A stretch of DNA of 64,000 bases. Origin: Minisyncoccota bacterium. Its GTDB lineage: Bacteria; Patescibacteriota; Minisyncoccia; JBAYJV01. This document shows, piece after piece, positions 59,793 to 64,000 of this stretch; positions within the stretch are counted from its first letter, which is position 1; every line of letters begins with the position of its first letter. The translations under genes were made by a program, and so were the position numbers. The notes under the pieces were generated by a model. The model did not search any database. It saw only the letters and a program-made list of their open reading frames with translations, and was not told the DNA's origin. Where the stretch lies: NCBI GenBank assembly GCA_041664925.1, contig JBAYJV010000002.1, positions 264,302-328,301 on the forward strand. Direction: 5' to 3'.

Positions 59793-60101
59793 ATGAAAGT
59801 TAAGAAAGGTGATAAAATAATAATTATTACTGGCAGAGATCGGTCAAAAACTGGTTCTGTCTTGAAAGTTTTTCCAAAAACTAATAGTCTTTTAATAGAA
59901 GGATTAAATTTGATTACACGCCACGTTAAGCCAAAAAGAAGTGGAGAAAAAGGACAAAAAATTAAAGTCCCAACGGCTATACCAGTTTCAAATGTTCAAC
60001 TAGTTTGCGCTAAATGCAAAAAACCTACTAAAATTACTTATCAGGTAAGTGAAAAAAAGAAAATAAGGATATGTAAAAAATGCAAATCTTCTATTGATTA
60101 A
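59793..60101 (+). CDS. rplX: 50S ribosomal protein L24 with C-terminal CxxC...CxxC zinc-ribbon-like tail
   Basis: KOW motif KVKKGDKIIIITG plus C-terminal CAKCKK...CKKCKS. Confidence 0.85.
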   Translation: MKVKKGDKIIIITGRDRSKTGSVLKVFPKTNSLLIEGLNLITRHVKPKRSGEKGQKIKVPTAIPVSNVQLVCAKCKKPTKITYQVSEKKKIRICKKCKSSID

Positions 60102-60118
60102 CTAACCAATATTTTAAA

Positions 60119-60670
60119 ATGTCCAGATTTCAAGAAACATTTAATAAAGAACTTGCTCCTGAGCTTCAAAAAGAACTTGGGATTAAGAACAGGTTTGCTA
60201 TTCCAATATTGAAAAAGATTGTTATTAATTCCGGAATAGGAAGAATTTCTAAGGAAGACAAGGCTATAGAAAGCGTTAATGAGCAGCTATCTTTAATAAC
60301 TGGTCAAAAACCAATTATAACAAAAGCTAAAAAAGCTATTTCAAGCTTTAAGATAAGAGAAGGCGCCCCTGTTGGACTTAAGGCAACTTTGCGTGGCAAA
60401 AGAATGTACGACTTTCTCGAGAGAATGATTAAGGTTATTATGCCTCGCACCCGTGATTTTGATGGAATACCTGAAAAATCTATCAGTGAAACTGGCATTC
60501 TTACCGTGGGCTTTAAGAACGTAGAAGCTTTCCCAGAAACATCCCACCAACAAAAAAAGATTGAGTATAGCTTTGGACTTGAAGTCACTATGGTGCCTAA
60601 ATGCAAAAATAGAGAAGAAGCATTGTTTTTGTATAAAAAGTTAGGTTTAATTTTTAAAAAGAACAAATAA
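60119..60670 (+). CDS. rplE: 50S ribosomal protein L5
   Basis: L5 core, operon position. Confidence 0.9.
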   Translation: MSRFQETFNKELAPELQKELGIKNRFAIPILKKIVINSGIGRISKEDKAIESVNEQLSLITGQKPIITKAKKAISSFKIREGAPVGLKATLRGKRMYDFLERMIKVIMPRTRDFDGIPEKSISETGILTVGFKNVEAFPETSHQQKKIEYSFGLEVTMVPKCKNREEALFLYKKLGLIFKKNK

Positions 60671-60671
60671 T

Positions 60672-60857
60672 ATGGCCCGAACCGCTTTAGTTGTAAAAGC
60701 AAAGAGAAAGCCTAAGTTTTCTACTCGCGTAATTACACGCTGTTTTCGCTGTGGTCGCAAAAGAGGTTTTTTGAGAAAATTCGACTTGTGCCGCATTTGC
60801 TTCAGGGAATTAGCTAATAAAGGCGGATTACCCGGAGTTAGAAAGTCTAGTTGGTAA
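60672..60857 (+). CDS. rpsN: 30S ribosomal protein S14 type Z (zinc-binding)
   Basis: 61 aa, CxxC...CxxC ([17 protein letters not shown]). Confidence 0.9.
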   Translation: MARTALVVKAKRKPKFSTRVITRCFRCGRKRGFLRKFDLCRICFRELANKGGLPGVRKSSW

Positions 60858-60915
60858 TTAATTTAAAACAATTTATTTTATTTAAGTTCTAATCTTGCGT
60901 TTCGCATTTGAAAAT

Positions 60916-61302
60916 ATGGATTCAATAAGCAATATGCTAACTAGTATCAGAAATGCCTTGGCTGTGTCTAAGGATAGTTGTTTTGTGCCATTTTCCAGAA
61001 TGACAGCGGAAATTAGTCGCATCTTAAAGGAGAATAAATTTATAGATGATTTTGGAATAGAGACTCTGGAAAAAAGCAAAATTGGACGCCTAAAATTGAA
61101 ATTAAGATATATTGATGGTTGTCCAGCCATTACGGAAATTAAAAGAGTAAGTCATTTAGGTAGAAGGGTTTATATAAAATATCACGATATTAAAACCTCT
61201 AAGTTTGGCATTGTCATTCTTTCAACGCCAAAGGGAGTTATGAAAGCTTCTGATGCTAAAAAGAATAAATTTGGCGGAGAAGTCGTTTGCTCAGTAAGAT
61301 AA
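60916..61302 (+). CDS. rpsH: 30S ribosomal protein S8
   Basis: MLTSIRNA motif. Start chosen at MDSISNML; the track start is 60895. Confidence 0.9.
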   Translation: MDSISNMLTSIRNALAVSKDSCFVPFSRMTAEISRILKENKFIDDFGIETLEKSKIGRLKLKLRYIDGCPAITEIKRVSHLGRRVYIKYHDIKTSKFGIVILSTPKGVMKASDAKKNKFGGEVVCSVR

Positions 61303-61333
61303 AAAATCAACCAAGATATAACTCAATAAATAT

Positions 61334-61882
61334 ATGTCAAAGATTGGTAAACAACCTATAAAAATCCCCACAGGAGTTGATGTTAAGCTAGACAATAGAA
61401 ATATTGACGTCAAAGGACCAAGGGGAACTATGGCGAGACAAATTCCTGGCGGAGTTGGCGTTGAAATCAAAGATGATTTTATTATTGTAACTTCTAAAAA
61501 TTTGGACACTAAACAGGGCAAAGCTCTTTGGGGGACATGGCGAGCTTTAATCAATAATATGGTTATTGGTGTCACTGATGGTTTTAAAAAGGTTCTAGAG
61601 TACAAAGGAGTTGGGTATAAGGCAGTTGTTGAAGGAAAGAATCTTAATTTAGAGCTTGGTTTCTCTCATTCCATTAAGATGCCTTCTCCTGATGGAATTG
61701 AATTCTCTACAGAAAAAAATACTATTATAGTAAGTGGTATTGATAAGGAATTAGTAGGACAAGTTGCTGCTCGAATAAAGAAATTGAGACCGCCTGAACC
61801 ATATAAGGGCGCTGGTATTAAATATTTGGGTGAAATTATTCTCCGAAAAGAGGGAAAGAAATCTGTTAGTGCTGGTTTTTAA
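61334..61882 (+). CDS. rplF: 50S ribosomal protein L6
   Basis: MSKIGKQPI.IP.GV.V, 182 aa. Confidence 0.9.
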   Translation: MSKIGKQPIKIPTGVDVKLDNRNIDVKGPRGTMARQIPGGVGVEIKDDFIIVTSKNLDTKQGKALWGTWRALINNMVIGVTDGFKKVLEYKGVGYKAVVEGKNLNLELGFSHSIKMPSPDGIEFSTEKNTIIVSGIDKELVGQVAARIKKLRPPEPYKGAGIKYLGEIILRKEGKKSVSAGF

Positions 61883-61888
61883 TTCAAC

Positions 61889-62239
61889 ATGAGACACAAA
61901 AAAAGTTATAAAAAAATATTAAAAAAGATTCGTGTGCACAAAAAAATTAGAGCTATTTCTAGTAGGCCGAGACTTTTAGTTTTTCGTAGCTTAAGACAGA
62001 TTTCTGCTCAAATCATTGATAATAAAAATAATGAAATTATTACTCAAGCTAATAGTCTTAAAATTAAAAAAGGAAAAATGACAAAGACGGCAATAGCAGA
62101 GAAAATTGGGCAAACTATAGCCCAAAACGCCATTAAGCAAAACATTCATAAAGTTGTTTTTGATAAAGGACCATATAAATATCATGGTCGCGTTAAGGCG
62201 TTGGCAGATGCCGCTAGAAAAGAAGGATTGGAGTTTTAA
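61889..62239 (+). CDS. rplR: 50S ribosomal protein L18
   Basis: RL.VFRS...AQ.IDD...VVFDKG.YKYHGRVKALADAARKEGLEF. Confidence 0.9.
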   Translation: MRHKKSYKKILKKIRVHKKIRAISSRPRLLVFRSLRQISAQIIDNKNNEIITQANSLKIKKGKMTKTAIAEKIGQTIAQNAIKQNIHKVVFDKGPYKYHGRVKALADAARKEGLEF

Positions 62240-62255
62240 TGTGTAGAGTATTATT

Positions 62256-63533
62256 ATGTTTCAGAAAATCACCAGAATTTTTCACATAAAAGATTTAAGA
62301 AGTAAAATACTTTTTGTATTAATAATATTAGCTGCTTCAAGATTAATAGCAGCAATACCAATACCTGGCATTGACCTCAGTAAGCTTCAGGCTTTTTTTT
62401 CTTCTAATCAGCTCTTTGGCATGATGAATGTTTTTACCGGTGGCACAATGAGTCGAATGTCAATTGCTATGTTGGGGTTGGGTCCATATATTACAGCAAC
62501 AATTATTCTGCAACTCTTAACCATGATCTCTCCTCGTCTTAAGGAAATATATCAAGAGGCCGGAGAACAAGGAAGAGAAAGGTTTAATCAATATGCAAGA
62601 ATAGCAACAATTCCTCTTGCTATGATTCAAGGGTTTAGTTTTTTAAAAATACTGAGAGGCCAGGGAATAATTCCTGTTCTTTCTCCAATTGAAACTATTG
62701 GAAATATTATTATAATTACCGCAGGAGCTGTATTATTGATGTGGTTAGGAGAATTGATTACTCAAAAAGGAATTGGCAATGGCGTTTCGCTTTTGATTTT
62801 TGCTGGAATAGTAGATCGTATTCCATCACAAATCGGACAAACTATATCTACTTGGGATCCAACTAAGATCCTCTCCTATGTTATTTTTATAGCCACAGCT
62901 CTTGTGGTTATTAGTGCTGTAGTTTTTATTACTGAAGGACAAAAGAATATACCGATATCATATGCTAAAAGGATTAGGGGGCATAAGATGTATGGAGGAG
63001 CAAGTACTTTTCTTCCTTTAAGAATAAATCAAGCGGGAGTTATTCCAATAATTTTTGCTATTTCAATTATGCTTATGCCTGGATTGGTTGCAACTTTTTT
63101 TTCTCACTCAACAATTCCTGTATTAGCTTCTTTTGCCACTAAACTTAATAGCATATTTCAAAATCAAATATTTTATATCATTGTTTATTTTGTACTAGTG
63201 GTTGCATTTACTTATTTTTATACTGCTGTTACTTTCGATCCAAAAAATGTTTCAGAGAATTTGCAAAAAAGCGGTGGTTTTATCCCTGGTATCAGGCCAG
63301 GGCAAAACACATCTCAATATATTAGTTATATTATTAATCGCATTACTCTTATTGGCGCTGTTTTTCTCGGTTTTATAGCGGTATTACCAATGATTGTTCA
63401 AAAATTAACAGGTGTTGTTTCCTTTGAATTTTTAATCGGAGGAACGGCTCTTTTAATCGTAGTTTCTGTTGTTCTCGAAACTATAAAGCAAATTAACGCT
63501 CAATTAGTAATGAGAGATTACGAATCATTTTAG
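62256..63533 (+). CDS. secY: preprotein translocase subunit SecY
   Basis: Ten-TM protein with SecY N-terminus and plug region (GGTMSRMSIAMLGLGPYITA). Confidence 0.9.
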   Translation: MFQKITRIFHIKDLRSKILFVLIILAASRLIAAIPIPGIDLSKLQAFFSSNQLFGMMNVFTGGTMSRMSIAMLGLGPYITATIILQLLTMISPRLKEIYQEAGEQGRERFNQYARIATIPLAMIQGFSFLKILRGQGIIPVLSPIETIGNIIIITAGAVLLMWLGELITQKGIGNGVSLLIFAGIVDRIPSQIGQTISTWDPTKILSYVIFIATALVVISAVVFITEGQKNIPISYAKRIRGHKMYGGASTFLPLRINQAGVIPIIFAISIMLMPGLVATFFSHSTIPVLASFATKLNSIFQNQIFYIIVYFVLVVAFTYFYTAVTFDPKNVSENLQKSGGFIPGIRPGQNTSQYISYIINRITLIGAVFLGFIAVLPMIVQKLTGVVSFEFLIGGTALLIVVSVVLETIKQINAQLVMRDYESF

Positions 63534-63557
63534 GTTTATTTTAAATTAATCTATTAA

Positions 63558-64000
63558 ATGAAACTGAAAAATATAAAGATTATCATTTTAGCGGGTCCTC
63601 CAGGATCAGGAAAGGGGACTCAGGCTCAGTTACTTGGGGAAAGATTTGGATTGGAAATGTTGCAAGCAAATAGATTAGTCAGAGAGAAATTCGAAACTGC
63701 GCCAAATGACCCAGATGTTATAGAATCAAAGAAAGCCTACGTTGAAGGTCGTCTCACAGACGGAGAAGTGATAGGAAAATGGCTAACAGAGAAAATAGAG
63801 AAATTTAACAGAAAAACCTTTGACAAAGGATTAATTCTTGAAGGTTTTGCCCGCACCCCGAAAGAAGCAAAAATAACCGCTAATATCCTGAAAGAAAAAT
63901 TTGGACTTAACCATGTTAGGCTTTTTTTTATTAAAATTGACCCGGAAGAAACCATAAGAAGGAATCTTGTGCGCGTTATTTGCCAGTCATGTCAGAAGCC
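63558..64000 (+). CDS. adk: adenylate kinase (3' end beyond the window)
   Basis: P-loop GPPGSGKGTQA at the N-terminus. C-terminal CQSC lid zinc motif is beginning. ORF runs off the window edge. Confidence 0.8.
   Translation, partial: MKLKNIKIIILAGPPGSGKGTQAQLLGERFGLEMLQANRLVREKFETAPNDPDVIESKKAYVEGRLTDGEVIGKWLTEKIEKFNRKTFDKGLILEGFARTPKEAKITANILKEKFGLNHVRLFFIKIDPEETIRRNLVRVICQSCQK

Noticed and set aside
1-64000. CRISPR arrays, transposases, integrases, prophage genes
   Set aside because: No spacer-repeat periodicity and no recognisable transposase or integrase motifs were found, even near tRNA-Ser.

Overview
This window is a low-GC (about 32-34%) genome segment from a bacterium with a small, streamlined genome, most consistent with a CPR/Patescibacteria-like lineage (an inference from composition and gene content alone). 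It is strongly strand-biased: nearly every gene is on the + strand. Core content includes cell envelope and division genes (murJ, ftsB-like, ftsE, ftsX, ftsA, ftsZ, mreB, murA) and translation genes (lepA, prfB, gatB). It also holds a large ribosomal protein block: rpoA-rplQ-rplM-rpsI, then rpsL-rpsG-fusA-tuf-rpsJ, then rplC through rplR-secY-adk. Three tRNAs are present: Gly-CCC, Thr-CGT and Ser-GGA. Three features look most interesting. (1) Downstream of tRNA-Ser lies a run of mostly hypothetical genes with GC slightly higher than the core genes. At least five consecutive genes in it share a conserved hydrophilic N-terminal leader (ME-K/P-SPE...) and similar 5' nucleotide context, but carry unrelated C-terminal bodies: a GNAT fold, a possible clan GH-A-like glycoside hydrolase fold, an HExxH motif and one short protein. 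A probable ADP-ribosyltransferase toxin-like gene with R / S-T-T / E-x-E motifs follows, with a small candidate immunity gene and an unusual G-tract hairpin upstream. (2) A compositionally foreign GC-rich (about 52%) single-gene cassette carries a consensus sigma70 promoter, a perfect palindrome, a strong RBS and an intrinsic terminator. (3) A family of about 135-150 bp MITE-like intergenic elements has CGAAAT-rich inverted termini and a GC-rich CCTGCC..GGCAGG palindrome. Three copies abut start codons, and a related fragment appears to be inserted in frame inside lepA. No CRISPR array, transposase or integrase was recognised.
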